Source: Takakia lepidozioides (Eukaryota; Plantae; Bryophyta). Taken from it: a DNA stretch of 64,000 nucleotides. Shown piece after piece: positions 1-13,610 of the stretch; the first letter of the stretch is position 1; every line of letters begins with the position of its first letter. The notes under the pieces were generated by a model. The model did not search any database. It was not told where the DNA came from and was given only the letters and a program-made list of their open reading frames with translations. The translations under genes were made by a program, and so were the position numbers. The stretch is from assembly GCA_030704615.1 (NCBI GenBank), contig CM060732.1, forward strand, positions 26,288,001 to 26,352,000. The letters are read 5' to 3'.

Positions 1-564
1 TCCCTCTCCCTTCTCTCTCTCTCCTCGGCAGTCCCTTCATTGATGGTAAAAGGGATCTCGGAAGTCGAGGCCTCTTCTTCTTACCTTTGGTGTTCGGGTC
101 CTTCATGAACACCACATGCTCTCCCTCATTGGCAACCCCACCGGACTGCACCAATGAGGCAAGCCATGTTGTTGCCTCCTGAAGACAAATAACCCCTCAA
201 AATTCAAAAAAAAAAACAAACAACAAAGAAAATCATGCATGCAAATGAAGGGATAAAACATGGAACAAGGTACGATAGTTGTACCTTTGCAAGCTTGTTC
301 GACTCGCCCCAGGTGATCCAGCTGATGGACCTCATCCATATAAATGAACCTATTTATTTTTTCATCTGGACCGGAAGAAAAAAGCAGCTTATGATGGCCA
401 CAGAGAATTTTTTAATTACCCTTAATTATTATTAATTAAGGAGTGAAACCCTAACTCCTACCATATAATCTACTGTTTAAACCTAGCTAACGGATGACAT
501 CCGTCGGGTTTTTGAGAGAAAGGGTATTGATTATTCATCCACCGGATGAAAAATCGGGCTCTGC

Positions 565-3500
565 CCTAGGGTGTCTCTCCCGCTGTCAGCTGCACTCCTC
601 GTGTTGCTGAGCGCACGAGTTATGGCGTCTGAGCTCTGCTGCTACCCTGTCTGCTGCTTCATGCCGGACGAGCTCCTGGGGATGCGCAATGGCGGCGTCT
701 TGTCTCTTCTCACAGGCGGGAGAACCCGCTGTGATGGCATCGTCCATTTCCCTCCTCTGGCTTTTATGTTTCGCAACGGCGCTTTGGTAGGGAAGTATAT
801 CGCTCTCTCTCCCTTCTTAAACCTAGCATTTGTATGCTTCGCTTCTCCTTAGCTGTGCTGGAGGTGGCGTGTTGGTGGCGATGGCGCAGTGTTACCTTCC
901 CCAATCGCTCAAGGTGCTTTTGGTGATTAGGGTTCCTTTTACTTCATATCTTTCTCTCTTGTTTTTGGGGTTCTTAGTTGACATCGATAACAAGTGTAGG
1001 GGTCTGTGATTCACCTGGGGTTCCACAATCCTCGCTAACCCATTGGTTTTTGTGGGGGCTTGTGATAGGACCAGGTGAGGATCCCTACCTGCTTTGAATT
1101 CTCTTGAGCTTGCAAATAAGGATGTTGTGCAAAAGGTACATACTGTTGCTGCCTGCAGCCCCGATTTCGGCCCGTTTGCTCCCGGTTTGACATGATGATG
1201 CTTGCTTTTGCTGCTGCTGATGGAGCATTTTGGCCTGGCAACCTTGTCTCATGCAACACATCATGTGAATCCTACCCTGTCTTGAATCTTTGACAGCTTT
1301 GCCTGTGGATTTTTAGACTAAGTATTTTTTTTGGCCTTAAAAGAGGATTGATGGTGTAAAGGTAAAGGCATCAGTGGCTGTTAGGCTCTAAGGATGAGGA
1401 GGTCTGGTTTTTTGTAAAAGAAGACAGCCTGGTAAGGCAATGACAGTCCATTTTCAGACCTGGATTTGTTGTTGAATGGAGCATAATGAGGTTCTATTTG
1501 CAAAACATGACAGTAGCCTCCTGTGAAACAGTGATGGTAAGCTCTAAAGGACTCTGGCCAGTGATTAGTTACTTTATTTTGCCATATGAACAGCCACCTG
1601 CATTGTATGATTTATCTTGGCCAAGTGGGCTTGGTCTTGGGCACTCAAATTGTATGTGTCCATATGTGGATGCTGTGACAGGGCAGACCTTTCTTCCATG
1701 CCAAAATGCCTTACATGATGCATATCTTGGGGCAACTGTACATGATGTAGAATGAAGTCGCAGTCAGTCTTGTCATGCCCAAAGTGATCACTTGGTTGCA
1801 TGATTGGAGTCTGATTTACTGCAGGTACATGGCCATCAAATCTTGGTTTATCCAAGGGCCTCTCCCCTCCCATCTAATGAACATCTCTCTATGTTCGTGG
1901 AATGTGAGAGGCCTGGGATCTGACCACTCTGCCCCAAAAAGGACAAGGGTCAGAAACTGGGCCTCCAACTACATTCGAGGTGCCTCCATCCTCTTCCTGC
2001 AAGAACACAAATTAAATCAGTCTAAAATTGACGCAATGGGAGGAACACTATGGCCTGCTGCGTCTGCCTATTGGAACCCCACAGTTGTGGACTCCGGGGG
2101 TGGCACGGCCTTGCTAGTTCCGCCTTCCCTGCAGCATACTATTCTCTCAAACGAAATCTGGGTCAGAGGCCGTCTTCAATTTCTTAAACTCAATCTAGGA
2201 CAGACACTTGGCATGAGTGTAGGGGTCTTGAACATCTATGCACCCAATGATGAAGACGGCAGAATATCTCTCTGGTCTCTCATCAGAGACAAGATGGTTC
2301 TTAACTCTCATATTCATCACTGGCTAATGGGGGGGGATATGAATATGGTTGAAGATGACTCTGATAGGCAGGGGTCCAACTCTCACTCGTTATCAACACA
2401 AAGAAGAATGCCTGGGACTCCATGTGTCTGGCGGTGGGCTTGCTGGATGCTATTGCCCCAACTCCTGCTGAGCTCAAGCACACCTGGTCCAACAACAGGG
2501 CCCCTCCGGACCTCTGCCAGGCCAGGCTCGACCGGTTCTATGCCACTGCAACTCTCGTGTCCTGGATTAAGCGCACTCCAATTCAACCCATTCTGCCGGG
2601 TTTTGATCATTCTGCTGTCAACATCTTGCTTGGTACCCCTGGATCAAGAACGAGAGGGCGAGGTTTCTTCAAACTCAACCCTGCCATTCTCAAGGACCCC
2701 CCAAGTCATTCTATCTATGCATGAGGCTTGGACAACTGCTGCTCCTCCATTCTCCTCACAATCATTTTCCTATCCAAGCTACGCATTCTCAGGAATCTTT
2801 GCCAGGAAACTTCAAGGAAAAAGACAGAAGAGAACAATCGCAGGCAGAAGGCCCTTACTAAATGTCTGGAGGTTTGTCAATTTCAGCTGCAATGTGGCAA
2901 AGAGGGCCCACAAACCATGGTTTCATATCTGGAGGCCAAAAGAAATCTCTCCTCCCTCATGCATGATAAGGAGCAATTCATGAGAGTTAAGGCGGGGGTC
3001 AACTGGTCTCTCAAATGAGAGAAGATGACCAGATATTTCTTCATCAAAGCAGCCCAAAGGAGATCTGCCACAATGATACCAGCTCTGCTTGACCCCGCCA
3101 CAGGATTGACCAAGGATTCCCCTAAAGACATGGCTGTGGTGGCTGCTGCCTACTTTAACAAGTTGTTCCTCCGATAGCAGGCCACACCAGATTCAGAAAG
3201 AGCCACAGAAATTCTGCTACATCATATTCCCTGCATGATCACTGAAGGTGACAAAGCCACTCTGGCATAACCCTTCACCGAGGAGGAACTGGGCAAAGCC
3301 GTGGAGGCAATGGCTTCTATGAAATCACCAGGTATGGATGGCCTGCCAATTGAGTTCTTTAAAGCGCTTTGGGCAACTATTGGGGCTGAATTCCTGACAA
3401 TGGCGAATGAAAGCTTGGAGAAAAAGATAATGCCTTCGCAGATCTCAGAAGGGCTCATTACCCTAATCTTCAAGAAAGGGCAGAGAGACAATGGCAAATT

Positions 3501-6500
3501 ATGGGCCAATAACTCTACTCAACTCCACCTACAAGATTGTGGCAAAGGCCCTGGCCCTCAGATTGCAGCCCCTCCTGCCAAAGATAATAAGAAGTGACCA
3601 GACAGACTTCCTGAAGGATCGTATGATCCTCGACAACATATTGTTGGCATACGAGGCCCTTCACAGAGCAGAGATTGACAATCAACTGCTCGCCTTCTTA
3701 ATGCTAGACTTTGAAAAAGCCTTTGGCTCGATTGATTGGAATTTTCTTGAGAAGGCTTTGGTGAAAGCAGGGCTGGGAGGGCCATTCGCCACCTGGGTTC
3801 ACATTCTGTTACACTCAGCATCCAGCAGGGTAATGGTCAACGGGATCATCTCCCCTTCATTCCCTATCTCCAGGTCCGTGCGACAGGGCTGCCCCCTCGC
3901 CCCCTTCCTATTCCTTATAGCAGCAGATTCTCTGGGCCACTTGTTTCACCATAGGCAAGATATTGTTGGGCTTCACCTGCCCACTATGCAGCCAGAAATG
4001 CTTAAGGTATCCATGTATGCTGACGACACATCTCTGTTGTTGGACAACTCGACCCGAGAGAACATTGACAGAGCCCTACAAGCTCTGCAGACATTTTGCT
4101 TGGGCATGGGCCTTCATGTGAACTGGTCCAAATCAGTTGGAATTCTCTCTATCTTGCATGCTGGAGCGGCAGCGGCTCACTGCCAACCATGGAGAGCAGA
4201 TATTGGTTTAAGATGGCTGGCACAGGGGGAGTCTCACAGGCTTTTGGGCCACCAACTGGGCCACAATCTGACGCAGCAGAACAGAATGAGTGATGTCATT
4301 TTGAAGATTAAAAAAAATGGGCCTATTGGAGCTCTGCAATGCTGTCCATTGTTGGGAGAGCTTTGGTAGCAAACCAAATCTTGCTAGCTTCCAAATGGTT
4401 CTACTCTGCTGTTTGGAGCCCTGGTACCGACATCACAAAGGAAATCAAAGCACTTGTGCAAAATTTCATATGGGGAGCCACCCCAGCCTCCCCGGTGAGG
4501 CGTGCGTAGGTCTCATGGGAGCAGCTCTGCCAAAAAAAGAAAAGAGGAGGCCTGGGGATTATTGATCCTGGATCCCAAACACGGGCACTGCTGGCTAAGT
4601 GGGTTACCAGAGCTATCACACACATTTTAGCCCATGGAGCAAGCTGATTCAACCTTACCTCATGGGTTTTGCTCCATCTAACTCCCCTCACTGGGCCCAA
4701 TCCCTCAGATGGATAGTTCAAGGACGAAATGCAAACATCAAGATGGGTTCACTGCCATGGCAATCCATATGGAAATTAAGCCTGGCAAGCCGTCAGAGGC
4801 TGGCTCACTCAAAGAATGCCAGCCACACCTCAAGATCGTGAAAGACAAGCCCTCTTTGCAGATTTTGACATGGACTTTGCTGTTCTGATTGACCATTCCC
4901 AGAAGTGGGCTCACTGGGAAAGGCAATGGTTCACCCACATGGGCTCAATCAGATCGCAAAACCAGTTTCTGTCACAAGCAGAGATGAACTTGGTGATGGG
5001 CACAAGGAGAGCCAGGGCCTGGAATACTCTTTTGGAGAACATCCCGCAATACATGCTGCCTCTCCTGGCGAACTCAAACACAGCCCCTGAGGCCCCGCCC
5101 TGGATGGCCTCCTCATGTCACACCCCAGCCCTGCCAATGCTGGTCTTATCCTTCCACGGAACTTGGGCCTCTGGTCTTAAATTTCAGGTAGATGCTGAAG
5201 GGAACTTGCTTCTTCGGGGCCTCGCTGAGGCTGACACATCACACCTATTCCATATCAGGGTGCTTGATGAAAAAGGGCATGTCAACCCCATGCCACCACA
5301 TGGACAGGACATTCAGTGGGCAATCCATAAGTCCTTTGTTTGGTTTCTCAAAGCTCCACTGGCAGACTTGCAATTCGATCCAGCAGAGTGGAAGTGGATG
5401 GACAAAAATCACTCGCCCTTCTTCGCTTACTCTGTAAAGTTGGGGTACACTTTACTTAACCCTGCCAGATCCTTCCTAACAAAGTGGTCATCAAAGTGGG
5501 CTAACCATCGGTTCACTCAAAGGGATTGGAATAAGATCTGGAAAGAAGTTTGGAGGAAAGACAGGCCTGCAAAAGTCTCGGAATTCTTGTGGAAAGTGGC
5601 CCACAGGATTTTACCTGTGAGGCAAAGAACTCATGAAAATCAGCCGCTCTGCCCTATCTGCAATGCTGAACCAGAGTCCATGGAACACTCCCTCCTTCTA
5701 TGTAATTTGTCCAAACAGGTCTGGCGGGTGGTTCTTGCTTTCTACTCCATTTGGAGCTCCTTCCCCTTGCCCCCACCCTCTCTTCTTCTTCTTCTTCTTC
5801 TTCTCAATCACTCGCCTGATAGATATCAGATCAGCTGCCCGGTATGGGCCTCGCTGAGAGCACATACTCTGTGGAATCTCTGGAAAATGACGTTTTTGAG
5901 GGAAAACCCCCCAGAGGCAGATCAATATTGTTTTCTATATATCATGAGCTGCTAACTGAGGGGAGGAAAGCCTGGGGTGTGATTTGTGCAGCTCTTCCCA
6001 TAACTTCAGAACAGCGGGGGAGGAAGCTGTTTCAAGATTTCCACGGGACTTGGGGCGAAGACAACGTGCTCGGAACCTGTCTTCCCAACACAAGGGTTAA
6101 CTGGAATGTCGCCATCCCCCCCCAATGGGAAGTCCCCTGGTGAAGGGGAGGAAACAAAATTTAATTGGCGCCATAAGAAGGCCCGTGACAACAAGTCCAG
6201 AACCCAGCTCAAGTTTTGATACCTCAAATCCCTCTTGGATTGATTGCTTCAACTCCACACTCTGCAGATCTTCTGCGACCTCCACCATGCAGCTCCGAGG
6301 CCTCACACGATGTTCGCCCCTCCCCAGCAGGAGCTGCTGCAAGTCTTAGCTTCTCTATTTCACTGTCCTGCCCACTCATGGCTTAGTTCAATCTACTGAT
6401 GCTTTAGGAGGTGTTTTTTTGGCACAAAGCCCAGTTCTCAAATCTTCACATATCGCCGCTTCACTGATGTGCATCCCTCCACGCATGTCTTATAACCCAC

Positions 6501-6724
6501 TCTATTAGAATCGGACCCCTTCTCTCCCCCCATCTGCTCACTCACTTCACCAGCTCCTTCTCATCGTATCTCAGTAGCTAGTTGCTAGGGTCACGGGGAA
6601 GTCTCCCCTCAATTAGCCTCCATGGCCTCCCTCAGTGCTTATTTTTTCCACTGCTGTTAATATTGTTCTTCTTAATTTGATTAAAAGAGCCTCTGTCCCC
6701 GTTCAATAAAATAAAATAAAAAAA
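565..6724 (+). mobile_element. L1-clade (Tx1/L1-like) non-LTR retrotransposon, decayed
   Basis: APE endonuclease, RT and C-terminal zf-RVT-like remnants. 3' UTR ends in an A-rich tail (aataaaataaaataaaaaaa, about 6706-6724). Candidate 6-bp TSD ctctgc at 559-564 and 6725-6730; the 5' boundary depends on that TSD. Confidence 0.85.
1877..6143 (+). pseudogene. LINE ORF2 (endonuclease + reverse transcriptase + zinc finger), frameshifted with stops
   Basis: Motifs SWNVRGL, LQEHK, NIYAPN, GGDMN, RLDRFY, KSPGMDG, DFEKAF, RQGCPLAP, YADD and CPICNAEPESMEHSLLLC are spread over several frames with internal stops. Confidence 0.92.
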
Positions 6725-6949
6725 CTCTGCTATAGGTAATCCACTCAATCATCTCACTTTTTAGTTGAGCTATAGGTAATCCACTCTCCACCCTCCCTTT
6801 AAGTTTAAGCTGGGCCAACCCCCAATCTTTTGTTGCACTTACAAATCAACACCTCTTGTGGTGCTTCCAAAGTAGCTTAAGTTGTGCTCCACCCATGTCC
6901 TACAAATCTTAGTTTTAGGAACGCCAAGTTGTTTTATGTAGGTACGTAC

Positions 6950-7313
6950 CAGTGTTGGGTGGTTATTTGATTTTTTTCATAACCGGCGGTTCCGGTTGTT
7001 TCGAATTTTAGGAAACTATTAGCCGCGGTTGCGGTTATTAAAATTTTTATGGCTAAATATAACCTCAGCGGTTACGGTTACTTACAACAACCTCAAATAA
7101 CCGGCGATTTTCATCAAATAACCGCGGGTATTGGGCGGTTCTTTAAGAGGTTTGTTGCTCGGTTATTTGAATGCGTGACCTCTGCCGGTTCCTAACTGGA
7201 CCGGTTACTTCATTTTTTCACCTCCGCCCGTCATAAATAAATAAATAAATAAATATAACCGGATAGGTAACCGTCGGGTATTAGAGAGAAATTCAAATAA
7301 CCGCCCAACACTG
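6950..7313. mobile_element. hAT-type MITE
   Basis: TIRs cagtgttgggtggttatttga / tcaaataaccgcccaacactg. Perfect 8-bp TSD gtacgtac at 6942-6949 and 7314-7321. Internal taacc/ggtta repeats. Confidence 0.9.
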
Positions 7314-7427
7314 GTACGTACGTTACCACTGGATTGTTTTGTCAATATTCCAAGCATTATTGAATGTATCACTCATATCTCTTGAATATATAATTGAATA
7401 AAATAAATAAAAATACGTATATTTAAC

Positions 7428-7603
7428 TATACCCGGTATTTATTTATACCCTCAGGGTATAGATGAGGATTTTACTATTTATTTATATCCTTCAGATTCT
7501 ACCAGCAGTAATATACCCGTACCTGGAGGGTAAATATAATTTGGAAATATAGTATACCCGGACCCGGAGGGTATGTCTAAGACAATATACCCGCACAACA
7601 CTG
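7428..7603. mobile_element. Partial MITE end related to the adjacent hAT MITE
   Basis: Repeated tataccc/gggta motifs ending in caacactg, the same terminus as the MITE at 6950-7313. No matching left end or TSD found. Confidence 0.35.
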
Positions 7604-7958
7604 GAATGTACCATGAGCAGGCGATGCTGTGAGGAGATTTCGGCCCCTTGAACCGCTGGGCGACCCTGTGCCCTTTCTCGGCAACATTTGCCGGGAAATT
7701 GAATGCCGGCCGAAATCCCGGATAAATATTAGGGTTGGGTTAACCGCAGTTCGGAGTTGACCAGAGAGAACGTAGACCTAACGAAAGGATGAGGGACGGG
7801 CATGGTCGTCGGGGTGGACGGAAAGGTATAGGGTGCGGCGGCCTGGGCTGCTTCAAGTCTTTGTGTCCTGGCAGCCTGAGCTTGCAGCTGCTGCGACCGG
7901 GACGGTGCTGGCCACAGCGATTTAGTGCATACCCAGTGGGATCGACAGGCAGGAAAAC

Positions 7959-9149
<1,191 letters not shown>

Positions 9150-11686
9150 GAAACAGTCGTCATGATGGTTCTTTCTGCAATGGAACAGTTTATTGATCCT
9201 TGCTTTGTTCCCAAGTGCTACCCTAATACAAAGATGCTTAATGCGAGGAGGCTAAGGCTTGAGTGATGCATTGTGTACTTTCCACGTTTGCTGACCCTGT
9301 GAACTTTTCATTCCTTGCCTGATTTGGAGGGTGGGAAGAGAGGCGTTTCTTGAACATTTTAGAGGAAAGGAGATGATGTGGATCAAGTGCTTCCTTGGTC
9401 TTTGAAAAAATTGCACACTCTCTTTTTCTGGATGATATTTTGGGATCTTCTTATCTGAGGAAGGAATCACGGCAAAATATAAGTGGGTGTCTTTGTTTCA
9501 TCAGCCAGTGTGCAGCATTTGGGAACTGATGCACAAATCTTGTTTTGTTGATGTAAAAATCTGAGTGCAGCCAGCTGGTCATATGTACTTTGGATAGGGT
9601 GATGCCAATTCATGGATGGTTTTTCATGGAGGCTCTCTTTCTGAATTCCGCATAACGTGTAAGCTTAACGTGTAAGTCGTCTTGTAGACTCAAATAGAGA
9701 TATTTCCCAGCCGAATTTGGATAATCTCGATGGTGTTTTATCCTTAGGCTTAAATGTGTAACAACTTAAAACAGCCTACTTACAAATTTGTTCCTGCAAC
9801 CTAGAATTGAATTGCCAAGTGATGAAGTGAGGCAATTGTCTTTCATATAATTACTTAGAGAACCTCCCTACTACCCGGCCATACCCTGTGATCATCATTT
9901 AATGAGATTATGTGTTCCAAGAACATTCTTGAAAAATACTTTACCGAAACTAAAACGTGAAATTAACCACGCGAAGTTGGGGCACAGGGAAATTCCCTCC
10001 CACACTCAGTATACAAGAATACTTTCCAAAAGAATGCTTTCCAAGTGCTTATGTGCTTTCCCAGCTCTTGCCATCTTTGCCCTTATCCAGGGTCCTGTGA
10101 GCACAAATGAATGGGATAATGTTTGCCCAGAAGCTGCCAGGATAGCTGCTTAGTGGGAAAATGTACTGCGGTATGGGAAAGAGCAGGGAGAAGCACTGAC
10201 AACAATCCGTAGCCTTTGGGGCGCATGAAAGCGTCAAAATAGGTTCTTGGCTGCCATCATTCACTCGGCCTGTTTTATGAAAGTGAGAAAGTCTAGTCTA
10301 ATGCAGGTGCAATCTTTGTGGACTTTGAAGTTCATCTGCTACACGGAATTCCTAGGCGAAAAGCTGGTCACACCTGAATGCCGGGCAGTTTCATGTCATG
10401 TGCACAGTTTCCATAACCCTACTTTTACTGTGTACACCGGCCCCTTCTCATACATCATCCGTTCAGCTGGGAAGAAAGGGGATTGAATGATTCTATCAAA
10501 CTGCCTTGGATCATGGCGTGTTACGAAGAAGCTGCGGCACACATATCTAAGAAGTCGTGGTGAAAAAGCACAAGCTGTGAATTGTTAAAAGTTGGAGTGC
10601 AGCATACGAATCTTCTTGTCCACTGTCAGCGTTGGCAGCCCATCACTCTCGTTTTCCACGTGGCACTTGGCACACTGCACCCATCCTCCTATTGTGCACT
10701 TACAGCTTGCATCCGTAACACCAAATTGTTACAGTGGCGGTTGTTCGTAATAATGTCCTGACGATCTGACCTGACAAGAGTTTTAAGGTTTCGTGGCATC
10801 CGATTGGGTGCTGGCAAGCCGTTATCTATCAACGTCACTCTCCCAAACTCGAGGAGCTCACAACATCGTCTACTCATCAAAGTTTTGGATTGCCATTGCT
10901 CCTCCAGTTGGGAGCTGCGTGGAGACATGCATGCTGTTATAACCAAAGGACTAGGCGACTAGACCATGGAGGCAGCTGATCTTGCCAAGCACTCCACCGT
11001 TCGGTTGAGGGAGTTGCTTGCAACCCAAGGAAAAGAAGGCAAGCCGGTCATAATGGGAAGTTGGGGTTTAACTTTTCCAGGCATGAGCTTTCACGGAACT
11101 CTGGGTTTCGAAAGTTCCAATCCCATGCACAGCGTGACGCTCATTTCCAGCGTTCCACTTCCATGAATTTTGTTCTTCCCAACAGCAGTCATCGGATTCC
11201 ACTGCGGTTTGCGTTCGTTTTCAATGGGCTGACGCAGACTTGTTGCGGCCCAAGTTGAGGCACACACACTTGAGCGAGACAATGAGCCTACCTACCTACT
11301 TACTGCTTTATGAGCTGCAGCTCTTTGCTTTGCAACTCTTGGCTTCCGCACCTGCAGTCTGAAGGAGGGCTTGGCTTTGGTGACGCTGCTCCACATCCCT
11401 GACGAATTTTGCCTCACGGCTCCCCTCCAGCTAAGCTAAGCTAATCTACATTTGAGGGGCCCCTCTCATTACACAGAAAATACCCGGGATGTTGCACCTT
11501 GTTTTCCCAAGAAAGAGAAACCAATGTCACGGATGTCATCAACAACAAGTCACTCAGCCGCCGGGCCCCAACTACTTAGTGCCCCTTTCTTTAAAACAAA
11601 GAAAAAGAAAAAGTGACGAGAGAGAGAAAGTTGTAGGACCACATTACAGTCTGAAAAAGAAACAGTCCGGCACCGCTTGTGTGCTT

Positions 11687-13004
11687 GCCACGTGGTCTCT
11701 GAGCTCGGTTCTTTCTGAGCCCAGGCCCCACCCTCCCATCTCTTCCACAACGCCAAGCAACGCAATCAACTCACTTAACTTATTTCCAACATTCACACTC
11801 CCCTGCCCAACACTTTTGCTCGTGCCATCACCGCCCTCCCACACACATTCAATGCCCGCACTCCCTTTGCACTGCCCCATCTGTACGCCACCCCCTCCCT
11901 GCCTGCTTTGCTTTTCCGGATTCATGCACCCTCCCTCTCTCCCTCCCTCTCCCACTCTGCCCACTTGCACACTCCTGCATCGTCCATCTGGGCCCTAATA
12001 GGCCTCCACAATTTGGCTGAACGGAGACGTCCATCCGTTTGCACTCCCAACACGTGTGCCCCGACTGCTCATTCACCACGTCCCGTCGACAGGTGGCAGC
12101 GAGTGACAAATATCGAACCCCCGGAGGGAGGAGGAAATATCACTTTCCGCAATCGGCAGCTTTCCACTTTTGTAGCGGCCATTGCAATGTCGCGGTTTGC
12201 TGGATGGATTGCTTACCGCCCCATGGGAGAGCGCCTTTCCGCTTCTGGGTCCCACCATGACATCACACGTCATCAAACCGCTTGCTTGCATCCATCCCCA
12301 GCGCACCGTAACCTAACAATGGGGACGAAACCCACATTAGAAAACCCCTAATTAAAAAAAGAAAACCCTAGGGGACGGATGATTGGAATTCTAACAAGTC
12401 ACGTGGGCAAGGTTCCAGAAGGGCGGCTGCGGGGCCGGTGACACCTGTTTGATATTTGCCACCCTCGGTTCCCACCCGCCCGGGAGCTTGGGAACGACAA
12501 AAGGAACGTCCGCACATGGCCCGCATAAAAAAATCCAGATATTTTGGGAGCTCTCTGCTACCAGTATCTCCACGTGGCGCGCGGAGGCTGAGCAGCAGCA
12601 CAGATGAGTTCAAATGAAGGATGATGGATGTCGTCCGCATGCAACGAACGGATGAAGAAGTTCGGGAACCGGAACGGTCCCGTGCGCTGTGCGGATCAAA
12701 CCCGGGTCGCCGGGTTGCGGGCGCATGGCTGACGGGGCGCCGCCTGGGATGACGTGCCCGCCCATGCACAACGCGTCGGGGTCAAATCCCCGTCACGTCA
12801 GATGGAGCCGTACTATACGAACCGAGTCAAAAACCGGGAGGTGGACGGGGTCGCCACACGCGTTGGCCCGCGCCCGGGCACCCGTGCTCGGACCGGGACT
12901 CCGATGCCGACGCGGCGACGGGCCGCGCGATGTCCGTCGCAGCGGCCGCACGGTGCCATGCGGCAACCGGGCCCTGGCCATCCAGGACACGTGGCGGGAC
13001 GTGG
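11687..13004 (+). promoter_or_regulatory. Cluster of ACGT-core G-box/ABRE and CE3-like elements upstream of the histidine kinase
   Basis: gccacgtgg 11687, cacgtg 12051, cacgtgg 12400, ccacgtggc 12570, tgacgtg 12750, acgcgtc 12771, cacgtca 12794, gacacgtggc 12986, acgtgg 12999, in a GC-rich proximal region. Confidence 0.55.
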
Positions 13005-13610
13005 TTTCGTGGCGAGGTGAGCGAGGGTTTCATGTGAAGGAGAGCGGCAGCCTGCGTTAAGAGCTCCGGTTGGCTTCGAATCCAAGGCTCTTCTTCTATT
13101 AAGAATCGCTGCCTTGTTGTTGTGCATTGTTTGTCGTTCAACAATCTATCTGTTGCGAAGATTCAAGGTCATACTCCATTTTTCTTTGGTGCTTCTCTGC
13201 GCTATGCTTAATTTGGTGTGATCTGCCTACTCTTTCTTGCTCTGTGTGACTCTCAGATGCATAGCCTGCGCCGGCCTCAACCGCCGCTATTTTATCGACC
13301 AACTTCTTCTCTGCCGTCAAACAAAGCTCGAAAATCTTCTGTGCTGCCGCTCTTCTTCACAAGGCTGTACGGGTTTCTTCCGGGGTATTCTTGAACATCA
13401 CATCTAAACTCTTGCAGGGAGCAGACAGACGTTGTGGTTTTGAAGCTGGGGTGAGCAGGGTAGCTCCATCCAGACAGGTACACCTTGGATCCGGTGGTGT
13501 TAAGTTAGTTGCAGAATCGGCAGTCTTTAGTTAGAACAACAGGGGCGTAGTAGTGGTTCCTCCTGACTTGAAAGAAGCACAACATATCGGGATCGAGGTG
13601 AGCACAGCTG

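Noticed and set aside
11489-13144. Many overlapping ORFs in the GC-rich region upstream of the kinase
   Set aside because: Low-complexity Pro/Arg-rich translations typical of GC-rich promoter DNA; no domain or splice structure, and no conserved miRNA sequence recognised.
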